Shown piece after piece: positions 35,574-45,602 of a stretch of DNA of 64,000 nt. Origin of the DNA: Phycisphaeraceae bacterium (GTDB taxonomy: Bacteria > Planctomycetota > Phycisphaerae > Phycisphaerales > Phycisphaeraceae). The notes under the pieces were generated by a model, which did no database searches, was not told the DNA's origin, and saw nothing but the letters and a program-made list of their open reading frames with translations. Position 1 is the stretch's first letter, and each line of letters starts with the position of its first letter. Position numbers and translations under genes: made by a program. The stretch covers positions 3,392,001 to 3,456,000 of the forward strand of contig OY771506.1 in the NCBI GenBank assembly GCA_963674705.1, read 5' to 3'.

Positions 35574-37466
35574 ATGATTAAACAAAACGACTCCCATCAA
35601 CACGACGACAAGCTCGATACCGAATCGCTTGGTTACAAGTTGCCACCTGTCGGCGATGACCCCGGTACCGAACCTGCCGCCACCACGCCGGGCTCGTTCG
35701 CCAATCGCCCGAAGATCGCCCCCGGTCTTGCCGGTGCTCTGACCTACAGCTCCCCCGACACCCCCGGCATGCCAAAGCCCTCCGACAAGACCGCCTGGGA
35801 CTTCATGCCCGAAGGCTGGTCCACCAGCGATGGTGATAGCGCTGCGAATAGTGGTGATGTCGATGTCTATACATTCGAGCAAGCCGACGGCAGCAAACGG
35901 TCGGTTTCCTGCCCGAAGGGGTTCAAGCCCATCACACAACTGGAATCCGCACGCCTGGGCATCATCACACCCGAGATGAAACGTGTTGCTGAGCGTGAGA
36001 TGCACCTTACCGCTGAGCAGGTCCGTGATGAAGTCGCCGCAGGCCGGATGGTCATCCCCGCCAACAAGACACACCTCGGCTACAAGCTCGACCCGATGTG
36101 TATCGGCCGTGCCTCAAAGACCAAGATCAACGCCAACATGGGCGCCTCACCGATCTCCTCCGGCACAGAAGAAGAGATCGAAAAACTCGAGTGGGCCCTG
36201 CGCTGGGGAGCCGACACCGTCATGGACCTGTCGACCGGAGGCGATCTGGATGCCACGCGCGATGCGATCATCCGCAACTCCACCGCGCCGATCGGCACCG
36301 TCCCCATCTACTCGATGATCATTGGTAAGAAGATCGAAGACCTCGATAAGCAGGCCATCCTCGATACCGTCGAACATCAGGCCAGGCAGGGCGTGGACTA
36401 CTTCACCATCCATGCCGGTATCCTGAAAAGCCACATCAAACTCGCGAAGAACCGCTTGATCGGCCTGGTCTCGCGCGGCGGCTCACTGCTTGCCAAGTGG
36501 ATGCTCACACATAACGCAGAGAATCCCATGAATACAGCCTGGGAAGATATCTGCGACATCATGCGTGAGTACGACGTCACCTTCTCGATCGGTGACGGCT
36601 GTCGGCCGGGCGGGCTCGCCGACGCGTCCGACAAGATCCAGTTCGCTGAACTTATCGAGATCGGCAAACTCACCGAACGTGCCTGGCGCAAGGGCGTGCA
36701 GGTTATGGTCGAAGGACCGGGCCACGTCCCGCTCGACCAGATCGAATACAACATGAAACTCGAACGCACCGTCTGCCACGGCGCGCCGTTCTACGTACTC
36801 GGCCCACTGGTGACCGACGTCTTCCCCGGCTACGACCATATCACCAGCTGTATCGGCGCGACCAACGCCGCGTATCACGGCGCATCCATGCTTTGCTATG
36901 TGACTCCCAAGGAACACGTGGGCTTGCCGAAGAAGGACGATGTGAAGCAGGGTTGTATCGCGTACAAGATCGCCGCCCATGCTGCCGACATCGCGCTGGG
37001 TATCCCGGATACACGCACGTGGGACGATCAACTGACCAAGGCCCGCGCTGCCTTGAACTGGGAAAAACACTTCGAGCTATCGTTCGATCCCGATACCGCA
37101 CGTGCTTATCACGATGAGGACATGGACGTAGACACCGACTTCTGCGCGATGTGCGGTCACGATTGGTGTAGCGTGCGGATCAGTAAGGAAATCCAGGAAT
37201 GGTCGTCAGGGAAAGCTGAGGGCTTTGACCGTGGGAAGCCGAAGATCTCCTCCGCTCTGACCGAGGAACAACAACGCATCCTCAAAGAGCGTGGTGTTCT
37301 GAGTCCCGAAGAAATCCACAAGCTCGCCCATAAAGGAAAGAAGGCCGTCTGCCACAGCGACAATGTCGCCGACGCCGAAGAGGCCAAGATGATCCAGGAG
37401 CAGGAACTTGTGCAACTTGATACACGGCCGGCGCATGGATTGAGTAAAGAGGAGTCGGTGATTTAA
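35574..37466 (+). CDS. thiC: Phosphomethylpyrimidine synthase
   Basis: [48 protein letters not shown]-terminal CAMCGHDWC Fe-S motif. Confidence 0.97.
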   Translation: MIKQNDSHQHDDKLDTESLGYKLPPVGDDPGTEPAATTPGSFANRPKIAPGLAGALTYSSPDTPGMPKPSDKTAWDFMPEGWSTSDGDSAANSGDVDVYTFEQADGSKRSVSCPKGFKPITQLESARLGIITPEMKRVAEREMHLTAEQVRDEVAAGRMVIPANKTHLGYKLDPMCIGRASKTKINANMGASPISSGTEEEIEKLEWALRWGADTVMDLSTGGDLDATRDAIIRNSTAPIGTVPIYSMIIGKKIEDLDKQAILDTVEHQARQGVDYFTIHAGILKSHIKLAKNRLIGLVSRGGSLLAKWMLTHNAENPMNTAWEDICDIMREYDVTFSIGDGCRPGGLADASDKIQFAELIEIGKLTERAWRKGVQVMVEGPGHVPLDQIEYNMKLERTVCHGAPFYVLGPLVTDVFPGYDHITSCIGATNAAYHGASMLCYVTPKEHVGLPKKDDVKQGCIAYKIAAHAADIALGIPDTRTWDDQLTKARAALNWEKHFELSFDPDTARAYHDEDMDVDTDFCAMCGHDWCSVRISKEIQEWSSGKAEGFDRGKPKISSALTEEQQRILKERGVLSPEEIHKLAHKGKKAVCHSDNVADAEEAKMIQEQELVQLDTRPAHGLSKEESVI

Positions 37467-37484
37467 TCCACACCTACACATTTA

Positions 37485-37507
37485 GCCCCGGGTCGAGGAC
37501 CCGGGGC
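37485..37507 (+). terminator. Hairpin after thiC (probable terminator)
   Basis: GCCCCGGGTC/GACCCGGGGC perfect 10-bp stem; weak U tract. Confidence 0.55.
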
Positions 37508-37545
37508 ATATTCGCTAACACTGACATAGCAATTTGGGGGTTTAT

Positions 37546-37818
37546 ATGGATGTCAAAAAGGTAGAAGTATTTAGCGAAGCAACAAATTATGGGATAGTTC
37601 GGTTGCCCGAACGAAAATTCCCGTGTGTCGTGATCCAAGGTGATTCTTTGTCAATCATGCTATCGCTTATTGACTCAATCAAAGAGAGAGTGGCTGATAG
37701 TTCCGATGATGAATTAGTCGGTTGCGTTGAGGAGTTAAGAGAATCAATAAGCAGCCGTATTATTCATTATGAGCAGGTCTTAAAGTCCCACGGCATACAA
37801 CTTCCGTATGTTAAATAG
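37546..37818 (+). CDS. Small hypothetical protein (resembles DUF6959 family)
   Basis: IVRLPERKFPCVVIQGDSL and YEQVLKSHGIQLPY; family name from recollection. Confidence 0.7.
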   Translation: MDVKKVEVFSEATNYGIVRLPERKFPCVVIQGDSLSIMLSLIDSIKERVADSSDDELVGCVEELRESISSRIIHYEQVLKSHGIQLPYVK

Positions 37819-37870
37819 AGCCTTACGCCATTATCAAGATTAGATCTTTGGAGAAACAGGCAACCTAACG

Positions 37871-38338
37871 ATGTCCGAACTCCACCCCATCAACCATACT
37901 CTCCTCGACCTTCTGCAAAATCAGCAGGACCGTACGCGCTATGCTCTTGAAGATCTGAATCCCGATGTCTTCAACCGCGATCCCGGCAATGACTGCAACA
38001 GCATTCGGTTGATCGGCGAACATCTGATTGCGCTGCGTGCGTTTCAATTGCTGCTACTACAAAGTGATCTGGCTAAGCAGATGCCTTCGCATGACGTGGT
38101 AACGGTAGATGAACTGGTCCAGAAACTCGATCAAGCCACGGCTCTTGTTAAACAAGCGATCGAGACACATGATCCTGATGATTGGCACGCGGAGCCGACT
38201 GACCAACGTGAAGGCCCATGGGCTGACCTGCCGACGCTGCTGCGCCTTGTTCGGCCCATCAATGACTTTACCAATCACCTGGGCTCGATCCGTACGCTCC
38301 GGCGTATGTTTGGGGATCCTGTAGAGCAGACGCAATAG
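37871..38338 (+). CDS. DinB-like four-helix-bundle protein
   Basis: NSIRLIGEHL and NHLGSI motifs; GGAG SD. Confidence 0.7.
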   Translation: MSELHPINHTLLDLLQNQQDRTRYALEDLNPDVFNRDPGNDCNSIRLIGEHLIALRAFQLLLLQSDLAKQMPSHDVVTVDELVQKLDQATALVKQAIETHDPDDWHAEPTDQREGPWADLPTLLRLVRPINDFTNHLGSIRTLRRMFGDPVEQTQ

Positions 38339-38354
38339 CTCTCATGAGATTCAC

Positions 38355-38867
38355 ATGACGACAACGAAAAAACATACCGTTACGTCATACACATGGATCA
38401 ACAGCCCCGTGGGTCGCATTCTTTTGTCGGGTAATGAATGCGGATTGACGCGTCTGAATGTCAGTACAGAATCTCGACCCGTCTCGCCCGAAGACGGCGC
38501 TTGCCAAGATGCCGACCTGTTCCGCGATGCCATCGAACAACTCGAAGCCTACTTTGCCGGTGAGCTGACACAATTCGATCTCAAACTCAATCCGCAAGGC
38601 ACACCCTTCCAGCAGCGCGCCTGGAAAGAGCTTCAGCGTATCCCCTACGGCCAAACGATCACCTACGGCCAGCAGGCACGTCGGATGGGCGACATCAAAG
38701 CAAGCCGGGCGGTGGGGCGGGCGAACGGGGCGAATCCGATCGGGATCATTATCCCCTGTCACCGTGTCATCGGCGGCAACGGTAGTCTCACCGGCTTCGC
38801 GGCAGGGGTCGAAGTCAAAGCGTGGCTACTACAGCATGAAGCGGGGCTGTTTGAGCCCGGGCGATGA
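38355..38867 (+). CDS. ogt: Methylated-DNA--protein-cysteine methyltransferase
   Basis: GTPFQ, IPYGQTITY, RAVG, IPCHRVI active site. Confidence 0.95.
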   Translation: MTTTKKHTVTSYTWINSPVGRILLSGNECGLTRLNVSTESRPVSPEDGACQDADLFRDAIEQLEAYFAGELTQFDLKLNPQGTPFQQRAWKELQRIPYGQTITYGQQARRMGDIKASRAVGRANGANPIGIIIPCHRVIGGNGSLTGFAAGVEVKAWLLQHEAGLFEPGR

Positions 38868-38885
38868 GGTGCTAGGCTATCGGGT

Positions 38886-39410
38886 ATGAAACAGCAAAGA
38901 CTCTGGGCACCCTGGCGCATGGCGTACATCAGCAAGCTGGATGACAACGCCCCCGGTCCGGGATCGAAGACCGGTTGCTTCCTCTGCGATGCCGCGGCGG
39001 ATGATCTTGATCCAGCAGGTATCGAACAGATGCTCGTTCTTAAACGCGATGACCGTGGCATCCTCATGCTTAATCGGTATCCGTACACGAATGGCCATCT
39101 GCTTGTTGCGCCTCACACACATGTCGGCGATATCAGCGACCTGAGCAGCGCGCAGCGTTCCGGTTTGATGGAACTCAGCGAACTCGGCGCACGTTTGCTC
39201 CGCATGACCATGAACCCGCAAGGCATCAACATCGGTATGAACCTCGGCCGATGCGCCGGTGCGGGGCTGCCCGGCCACGCCCACATGCACGTCGTGCCCC
39301 GATGGAACGGCGACGTCAACTTCATGCACACCATAGGCCATATCCGCGTCATCCCCCAGGCATTAGAAGAAAGCTACAAGCTTCTCAAAACCGCGATCGA
39401 CAGCCTGTAA
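38886..39410 (+). CDS. HIT-family nucleotide hydrolase/phosphorylase (Ap4A phosphorylase-like)
   Basis: LWAPWRMAYI, CFLC, NRYPYTNGHLL, HAHMHVVPRW. Confidence 0.9.
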   Translation: MKQQRLWAPWRMAYISKLDDNAPGPGSKTGCFLCDAAADDLDPAGIEQMLVLKRDDRGILMLNRYPYTNGHLLVAPHTHVGDISDLSSAQRSGLMELSELGARLLRMTMNPQGINIGMNLGRCAGAGLPGHAHMHVVPRWNGDVNFMHTIGHIRVIPQALEESYKLLKTAIDSL

Positions 39411-39541
39411 CCCTCTTGAGCATACACATGGCATGGGTATCAGACAGATACATACTTTAATACTCACATATCAGTCATCTCATTTGCATCGATTAGCGTT
39501 TATTTACGGCTATATCCAATCCGAATGGTTATCATGTCACC

Positions 39542-40894
39542 ATGCGGATACACGACTTTGCGGATAACCAGCGGTTGCCGATCCTGCTTCGGCTCGTGTC
39601 AGACCTGAGCAAGGCGGATGACCCATCCGAAGTGTTGCGTGCATTTGGCCAGGGCTGGACCGAGTTGAACGGGCAGATGGGATACATTTCCTTGTCTTGC
39701 CGTGGACTGAAACCGGGTGAGTACCATATCACGCAACAGCTTCTGCATGGTGAACTGGCCATGATCGGACGGGAAATCGAATGGCGGCCTTCACATGACC
39801 TGCCGATTCACACCGGCGGATTGCTTGGGCAGATCGTCGCGGGCGGGAAGCCCGTGATCATTCGCGATATTCAAGAATATCACGACCCCATTCTCGGTGA
39901 TGCACTTCAACAATACGAATCAATCGCTGCCGTTCCGCTCTATGACGACGGTAAGGTTCTGAACTGGTCGATCAATCTCAGTCACGATAAAGACCGTCAT
40001 AATGAGAAGGCACTCGAAGACATCATCCTGCGGTCCAACCTCGTCGGTGGCACAGTCAAGCACGTGCAGACAGCCAAGCGATTGCGTGAAGTGCATCAGC
40101 GTGTGAAGGATGAGGTAAAGAAAATCGCTGATATCCAGCAGGCATTGCTGCCGGATAAATTGCCTGATATCCCCGGCGTCAGTCTGTCGGTGAAATATCA
40201 AACCTACGATCAGGCCGGCGGCGACCTGTATTCATTTCACCCATTAGGCACGGGTGTCCGTCATACGATTAAAGAACCGGATGGACGCTGGGCGATCATC
40301 ATCGGTGATGTATCCGGTCACGGCCCGTCCGCCGCAGTCGTGATGGCGATGGTCGAATCCATCCTTGCTTCTTATCCGGACACACCCAACACGACGGGCC
40401 AGGTATTGGATTACATCAATAGACACCTTTGCGCTAAGCGCATCGATGATACTTTCGTGACAGCATTCCACGCGCTGTATGACACGAAGACACGCACACT
40501 TACTTACTCCCGTGCAGGCCATCCGCCCCCGATCTGGCGTAAACCTTCTGCGAACGGCCACATCGATATCACGGAACTAGACGCCGTCGGCGGCTTGCCT
40601 CTTGGCATCATGGCTGATGAAACATACGAAGACGCCACTGTCCAGCTTGAGCCCGGCCAGACGCTGACGCTCTACACCGACGGCATCCCCGAAACACGCA
40701 GCCCCGACGGCGCTTTCTTTGGCACCCCCGGCATCATCAACGCCATGCGCGAATGCTCCGGCGAAGCCTACTGCGCCGTCGACACCATCATGCGACACGT
40801 GCGCAGCCACGAAGCAGGATCACGTCCACAGGACGACCAGACGCTGGTCGTGATGAAGATAGAAAACTATATTTCGCCGATCGTGGATAGATAA
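39542..40894 (+). CDS. GAF-like domain plus SpoIIE/PP2C Ser/Thr phosphatase
   Basis: IQQALLP, GGDLY, IGDVSGHG, AGHPP, LYTDG, QDDQT. Confidence 0.92.
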   Translation: MRIHDFADNQRLPILLRLVSDLSKADDPSEVLRAFGQGWTELNGQMGYISLSCRGLKPGEYHITQQLLHGELAMIGREIEWRPSHDLPIHTGGLLGQIVAGGKPVIIRDIQEYHDPILGDALQQYESIAAVPLYDDGKVLNWSINLSHDKDRHNEKALEDIILRSNLVGGTVKHVQTAKRLREVHQRVKDEVKKIADIQQALLPDKLPDIPGVSLSVKYQTYDQAGGDLYSFHPLGTGVRHTIKEPDGRWAIIIGDVSGHGPSAAVVMAMVESILASYPDTPNTTGQVLDYINRHLCAKRIDDTFVTAFHALYDTKTRTLTYSRAGHPPPIWRKPSANGHIDITELDAVGGLPLGIMADETYEDATVQLEPGQTLTLYTDGIPETRSPDGAFFGTPGIINAMRECSGEAYCAVDTIMRHVRSHEAGSRPQDDQTLVVMKIENYISPIVDR

Positions 40895-40898
40895 ACTA

Positions 40899-41183
40899 TC
40901 AACCCATCCGCGCATGCACTTCGATCAGGTGATAGCCGAACTGGGTCTTGACCGGGTCTGACACCTGGCCGATCGGCAGGTCGGAGAAGATGACCGCGTC
41001 AAACTCGGGGACCATATCGCCCTTGCCGAACTCGCCGAGTGAACCGCCGCCCTGGCCCGACGGGCAGGAGGAGTGTTTCTTGGCTAGCTCTGCAAATGAA
41101 GCGCCATCGGCTATCTGCTGCTTCAGTTCGAGGGCTTTGGCTTCGGATTCAACGAGGATGTGGCTTGCGCTGGCTCGGGGCAT
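40899..41183 (-). CDS. ppiC: Parvulin-type peptidyl-prolyl isomerase
   Basis: ASHILV, HSSCPS, GGSLGEF, MVPEFD, VKTQFGYHLIEV; AGGAG SD. Confidence 0.93.
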   Translation of the reverse strand: MPRASASHILVESEAKALELKQQIADGASFAELAKKHSSCPSGQGGGSLGEFGKGDMVPEFDAVIFSDLPIGQVSDPVKTQFGYHLIEVHARMG

Positions 41184-41336
41184 CGGGTCTCTCCTGACAT
41201 TCGATTCGTTTTTATGGGACGGTTGCCGATTCGGTAAGGGGCATACTGTAACGGACATACGGATTTGATGCGATTACAGCAAAATCAAGGCAAAAAGCCT
41301 TCCTGATTTAGACCTACTTATCTACACTGGTTGTCC

Positions 41337-42617
41337 ATGATCTACGTCAGAGCCTTGATCGGCATTGTCACATTGTTGGGGCTTGCCTGGCTGTTATCCA
41401 GCAATCGAAAGCGTTTCCCCTGGCGCGTCGTGTTCTGGGGGATGGCTTTACAGATTGGCCTGGCGTTCATGATCCTCGGCACGGGCGTCGGTGTAGGGGC
41501 GCTGGAAGCGGCGAAGAACTTCGTCGTGGGTCTGATCGATGTCAATACCCGCGGCGTTGAAACGGTGTTTGGTTCGGACCTTCCCGCAAGAACCGGACCG
41601 GAATATATCTTTGCATTCGCCACGCACGGCCTGACGGTTATGATCTTCTTCTCCGCATTGATGGCGGTGCTCTATCACATCGGCATCATGCAGGTCGTGA
41701 TCTGGGTGTTGGCACGCGTCATGTCGTTCTTCATGGGTGTCAGTGGCGCCGAGGCCATGGCGATGGCTGCTAACATTTTCGCTGGACAAACCGAAGCACC
41801 GCTGGTCGTTAAGCCTTATCTCGCAAAGATGACGATGTCGGAAATGAACGCCCTGATGACGGGCGGCTTTGCGACTGTCGCGGGGTCTGTCTTGGCTGTA
41901 TACATCGGGGTGGTCGGCCCTGAAATCGGCGTACACCTGCTGACCGCATCCCTGCTCAGCGCGCCGGCAGCGTTCGTGATTGCCAAGATCATCCGTCCGG
42001 AGATCGACGAACCTGTTACCGGCCGACACCTGAAACTCAAAATTGAACGTACCGCTCATAACCTCATCGAAGCTGCCGCCAACGGCACGCAAGACGGTCT
42101 GAAACTCTGGCTGAACGTCATCGCCATGTTGATCGCGTTCACCGCGTTGGTCGAACTGGTCAACTGGCCTTTAGGCGCGATGGGACACGCGTGGTTCGGG
42201 ATGGGAGAAGGAGAACTATCCGTATCAGCGATCTTCGGCTGGTTCCTGTCCCCGATCGCCTGGTGTATCGGCGTTGAGAACTGGCACGATTGTAAGATTG
42301 TCGGCGGACTGATCGGCACCAAGCTCGCTATCAACGAACTCATTGCCTTCTTCGACTTGGGCGCCATGCTGGGCAAGATCGATCCGGAAACGGGTATGCA
42401 CCCGCAGTCCATTTTTCACGACCCACGCTCCGCCAAGCTGGTGACATACGCCATGTGCGGCTTCGCCAACTTTGCATCGATCGGCGTACAGATCGGCGGC
42501 ATCTCCCCACTGGTCCCTGAACGCAAAACAGACCTCTCACGTCTGGCACTACGCGCCATGTTTGGCGGCGCACTTGCATCAAGCTGTACCGCGGCGGTAG
42601 CAGGGATGTTTATCTGA
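41337..42617 (+). CDS. Concentrative nucleoside transporter (CNT/NupC family)
   Basis: ANIFAGQTEAP, GGFATVAGSV, KLAINE, CGFANFASIG. Confidence 0.93.
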   Translation: MIYVRALIGIVTLLGLAWLLSSNRKRFPWRVVFWGMALQIGLAFMILGTGVGVGALEAAKNFVVGLIDVNTRGVETVFGSDLPARTGPEYIFAFATHGLTVMIFFSALMAVLYHIGIMQVVIWVLARVMSFFMGVSGAEAMAMAANIFAGQTEAPLVVKPYLAKMTMSEMNALMTGGFATVAGSVLAVYIGVVGPEIGVHLLTASLLSAPAAFVIAKIIRPEIDEPVTGRHLKLKIERTAHNLIEAAANGTQDGLKLWLNVIAMLIAFTALVELVNWPLGAMGHAWFGMGEGELSVSAIFGWFLSPIAWCIGVENWHDCKIVGGLIGTKLAINELIAFFDLGAMLGKIDPETGMHPQSIFHDPRSAKLVTYAMCGFANFASIGVQIGGISPLVPERKTDLSRLALRAMFGGALASSCTAAVAGMFI

Positions 42618-42659
42618 AGTGTGTTGTTTGAACGCCGCAGAGGGGACGATGAACAGTTC

Positions 42660-43643
42660 TTAAGGCGAATTCTTTTTCAGATTTACCGGTAGCTCCAGTT
42701 GCTGTTCATCTCTAATCAGACTGATGCTGACCGTATCACCGATCTGTTTTTCTCTGACAGCCGTGATTAACTGCTCCATCGAATCTACGGGCTTGCCTTC
42801 GATCTGTGTGATGATGTCGCCAGACATGATACCCGCATCCTCGGCTCCGCTGCCAGGCGCAACACTGAGAACACGGATGCCCTCGGTATCATTATCAATT
42901 GAAACCCCAAGATAGGGCGTGTTGGCGATATTGATCATCAGGATGATTGCCGCGATCGAAGGCACAAGGTTCAGCCAGAAGTGCGCCAAGATCGGCGAAA
43001 GCAGCGTCTTTCGCCAGGCATATAGAAGCGAAAACGCGATCCCGTACACAAAAATAATGACAACATAGGAAGGACTGTACAAATGCGTGAAAGCAAATAC
43101 TGTTGACTGGAGTATGCAGGCTATGATCAGGCCGAACCTGATGCGCAGGGTTCGGAAGAGGAAGCCTCGATAGAAAAGCTCTTCAGCAATCGGGCTCATG
43201 AACATGGCCATGAGCGCGAACGTGATCGTGATCGCGGGCTGCCCGTATCCTGCAATGTCGTTGATTCGATCGGCATTGTTCCGCGATTCGGGCCAGATGG
43301 CGTTGATGACTGCGATAAAAATAATCAACAGGATCGCCGTTGCTAAAGCGAGTGAACCCTCTATGACAACGCTTCGCAGGCTGATTGATTTGAACATCGA
43401 AGATAATCTTCGGTTTCTTTGCATCCACAAAGAAAAAACGATCATCCAGACTAACGTGATAAAGATGATAAAATTAGATAACCATGCATAGTTCAAATAG
43501 GTCGGAACCAGAAAGTGCAAAATGTAGTAGGTCGAAAGGGGTAGAATGAAAATGAATGTATATACCACAACGACGCCAATAACCGCGTCGCTTAGCCTCG
43601 GTAATGCTTTCTGCTCACAGATCCCCTCGGGAGATTGTTCCAA
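42660..43643 (-). CDS. CPBP-family intramembrane metalloprotease fused to a C-terminal PDZ domain
   Basis: EELFYRG, FAFTH, HFWLN motifs; then YLGVS...VAPGSGAEDAGIMSGDIITQIEG; start uncertain. Confidence 0.85.
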   Translation of the reverse strand: MEQSPEGICEQKALPRLSDAVIGVVVVYTFIFILPLSTYYILHFLVPTYLNYAWLSNFIIFITLVWMIVFSLWMQRNRRLSSMFKSISLRSVVIEGSLALATAILLIIFIAVINAIWPESRNNADRINDIAGYGQPAITITFALMAMFMSPIAEELFYRGFLFRTLRIRFGLIIACILQSTVFAFTHLYSPSYVVIIFVYGIAFSLLYAWRKTLLSPILAHFWLNLVPSIAAIILMINIANTPYLGVSIDNDTEGIRVLSVAPGSGAEDAGIMSGDIITQIEGKPVDSMEQLITAVREKQIGDTVSISLIRDEQQLELPVNLKKNSP

Positions 43644-43723
43644 ACGAATATCCTTTGTTTGTACGTATTATGAAAACCCTGTCAAAGGAAGCGACGTCGG
43701 TTAATCTGAATACTGATACAAAC

Positions 43724-45238
43724 CTACATACTTCTATCCAGAAGCCGGTACTGGATCGCTTCCGCGACGTGTTGGTGCTGGATGGCTTCAACGCCTTCAA
43801 GGTCGGCGATCGTTCTCGCGACACGACGGATCTTGTCGTAAGCACGGGCACTCAGGCCCAGGTTGGTCATAGCCTCTTTGAGCATCGCCTGGCATATTTC
43901 ATCCAGCGGCGCCAACTTGTCGAGTTCCCGGCCGGTCAGTGTCCGGTTGGGTCTTAGCGATCCGCCATTTCGGTCGCATTGCAGCTTACGGCAGGCCACG
44001 ACTTTTTTACGCAATTCCGCACTGCTTGTCCCGTTCGCCTTGGCTGTCAACTGCTGATAGGGAACCGCCGGCACCTCGACATGGATGTCGACCCGGTCGA
44101 TCAATGGCCCGGAGATGCGAGACAGATACCGTTCCATCTGGCGCTGGCTGGTCTCATCGTCCGGCGTCTTGCCCTTCGGCGTGGGATTCATCGCCGCGAC
44201 AAGCATGAACCTTGCCGGGAATCGGATCGAACTGTGTGCTCGAGCGATCGTGACGCATGAATCCTCTAACGGCTGCCTTAATGTCTCCAGAACCGTGCGT
44301 GAAAATTCGGGCATCTCATCGAGAAACAGCACACCGTGATGTGCCAGGCTGACCTCGCCGGGTCTTGGGATCATCCCGCCGCCGACGACCGCAACTCCGC
44401 TGGCTGTGTGATGCGGCGAACGCACCGGCCTTGCTGTAATCAGCGGCTGGCCCTTGGGCACCTGCCCGATCGAAGAATAAATCCGTGTGACCTCCAACGC
44501 CTCATCACGCGATAACGGCGGTAAAATCCCCGGCAGCGCCTTGGCCATCATCGTTTTGCCTGTCCCCGCCGGGCCGATCATGATGACGTTGTGCGAACCC
44601 GCCGCCGCGATCAGCATCGCTCGCTTGACAGCTTCCTGACCGCGTACATCCGCAAAGTCCATCTGCGCATGGCCGTTGCATAGGATTGTCTCTGCATCAA
44701 CCTCAGGCAACGGCTCGATCTCGTGCTGTTCGTTCAAAAAACCGACAACACTCGCCAGCGTATCGACCGGGTAAACATCGATCCCGCCGACCGCCGACGC
44801 TTCGCTCGCGTTTTCAACCGGCACAATGACGCCATCAAGTTCCAGTTGCTTACAAAGCATCGCCAGGTTGATGACGCCATTCACCGCACGTACTCGTCCA
44901 TCAAGCGCAAGCTCCCCGGCAAACAGAAAACGCTTGTGCCGTTGTGTCTGTATCACGCGCTCCGCCAGCAGCAAACCCACCGCGATCGGCAGATCAAAGA
45001 TCGGCCCTTCCTTACGGATGTCCGCCGGCGCCAGATTGACCAGCAACCGCGACATCGGGAAGGGGTACCCCGTATTGATGATCGCCGAACGCACCCGTTC
45101 GATAGACTCTTTCACCGCCGCGTCGGGCAAACCGACGATCGTTGTCTTTGGTAATCCAGCATCTGCAATATCGACCTCCACCTCACAGGCGAGGGGATCG
45201 ATGCCGGACAGCACAAAACTATGGACCTGAGCGAGCAT
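43724..45238 (-). CDS. comM: YifB/ComM-family Mg-chelatase-like AAA+ ATPase
   Basis: VNLAPA, GPAGTGKT, PHHTAS, PGEVSLAHHGVLFLDE, LRQPLE, ARTIADL. Confidence 0.93.
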   Translation of the reverse strand: MLAQVHSFVLSGIDPLACEVEVDIADAGLPKTTIVGLPDAAVKESIERVRSAIINTGYPFPMSRLLVNLAPADIRKEGPIFDLPIAVGLLLAERVIQTQRHKRFLFAGELALDGRVRAVNGVINLAMLCKQLELDGVIVPVENASEASAVGGIDVYPVDTLASVVGFLNEQHEIEPLPEVDAETILCNGHAQMDFADVRGQEAVKRAMLIAAAGSHNVIMIGPAGTGKTMMAKALPGILPPLSRDEALEVTRIYSSIGQVPKGQPLITARPVRSPHHTASGVAVVGGGMIPRPGEVSLAHHGVLFLDEMPEFSRTVLETLRQPLEDSCVTIARAHSSIRFPARFMLVAAMNPTPKGKTPDDETSQRQMERYLSRISGPLIDRVDIHVEVPAVPYQQLTAKANGTSSAELRKKVVACRKLQCDRNGGSLRPNRTLTGRELDKLAPLDEICQAMLKEAMTNLGLSARAYDKIRRVARTIADLEGVEAIQHQHVAEAIQYRLLDRSM

Positions 45239-45389
45239 GCACGAAGTGTAGCGACCCATACAAGAACCGTACAGCTATATAACGACCCAGAATCTTCTTA
45301 AGTGTGTAACTGCGGTCGGTTTGTGCGGATTAGGGATTTGGCGGAAGGATTCTAATTCAATATTTATACGGTGCTTAGCACTTTTCTGT

Positions 45390-45418
45390 TTGACCTGCGG
45401 GCTTAATCGGTCTATTCT
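45390..45418 (+). promoter_or_regulatory. Candidate sigma70 promoter
   Basis: TTGACC-N17-TATTCT about 185 nt upstream of the cyclophilin gene. Confidence 0.55.
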
Positions 45419-45602
45419 TATCGGGCACCCAAGATATATGACCGCTTTGGGTTGCCATACGGTGAAGCCGTGTTATTAGTTAGGTAACGCGACGTACATT
45501 CCGGTGGTCAAAACAAAGTGGGGTAACCGTAGTCCTCGGCCGGTCAGCCGGTGCGAGTTTACCCATCCGCCCAACCTCTAGATAAGGGAGGCGATCAGGT
45601 CG

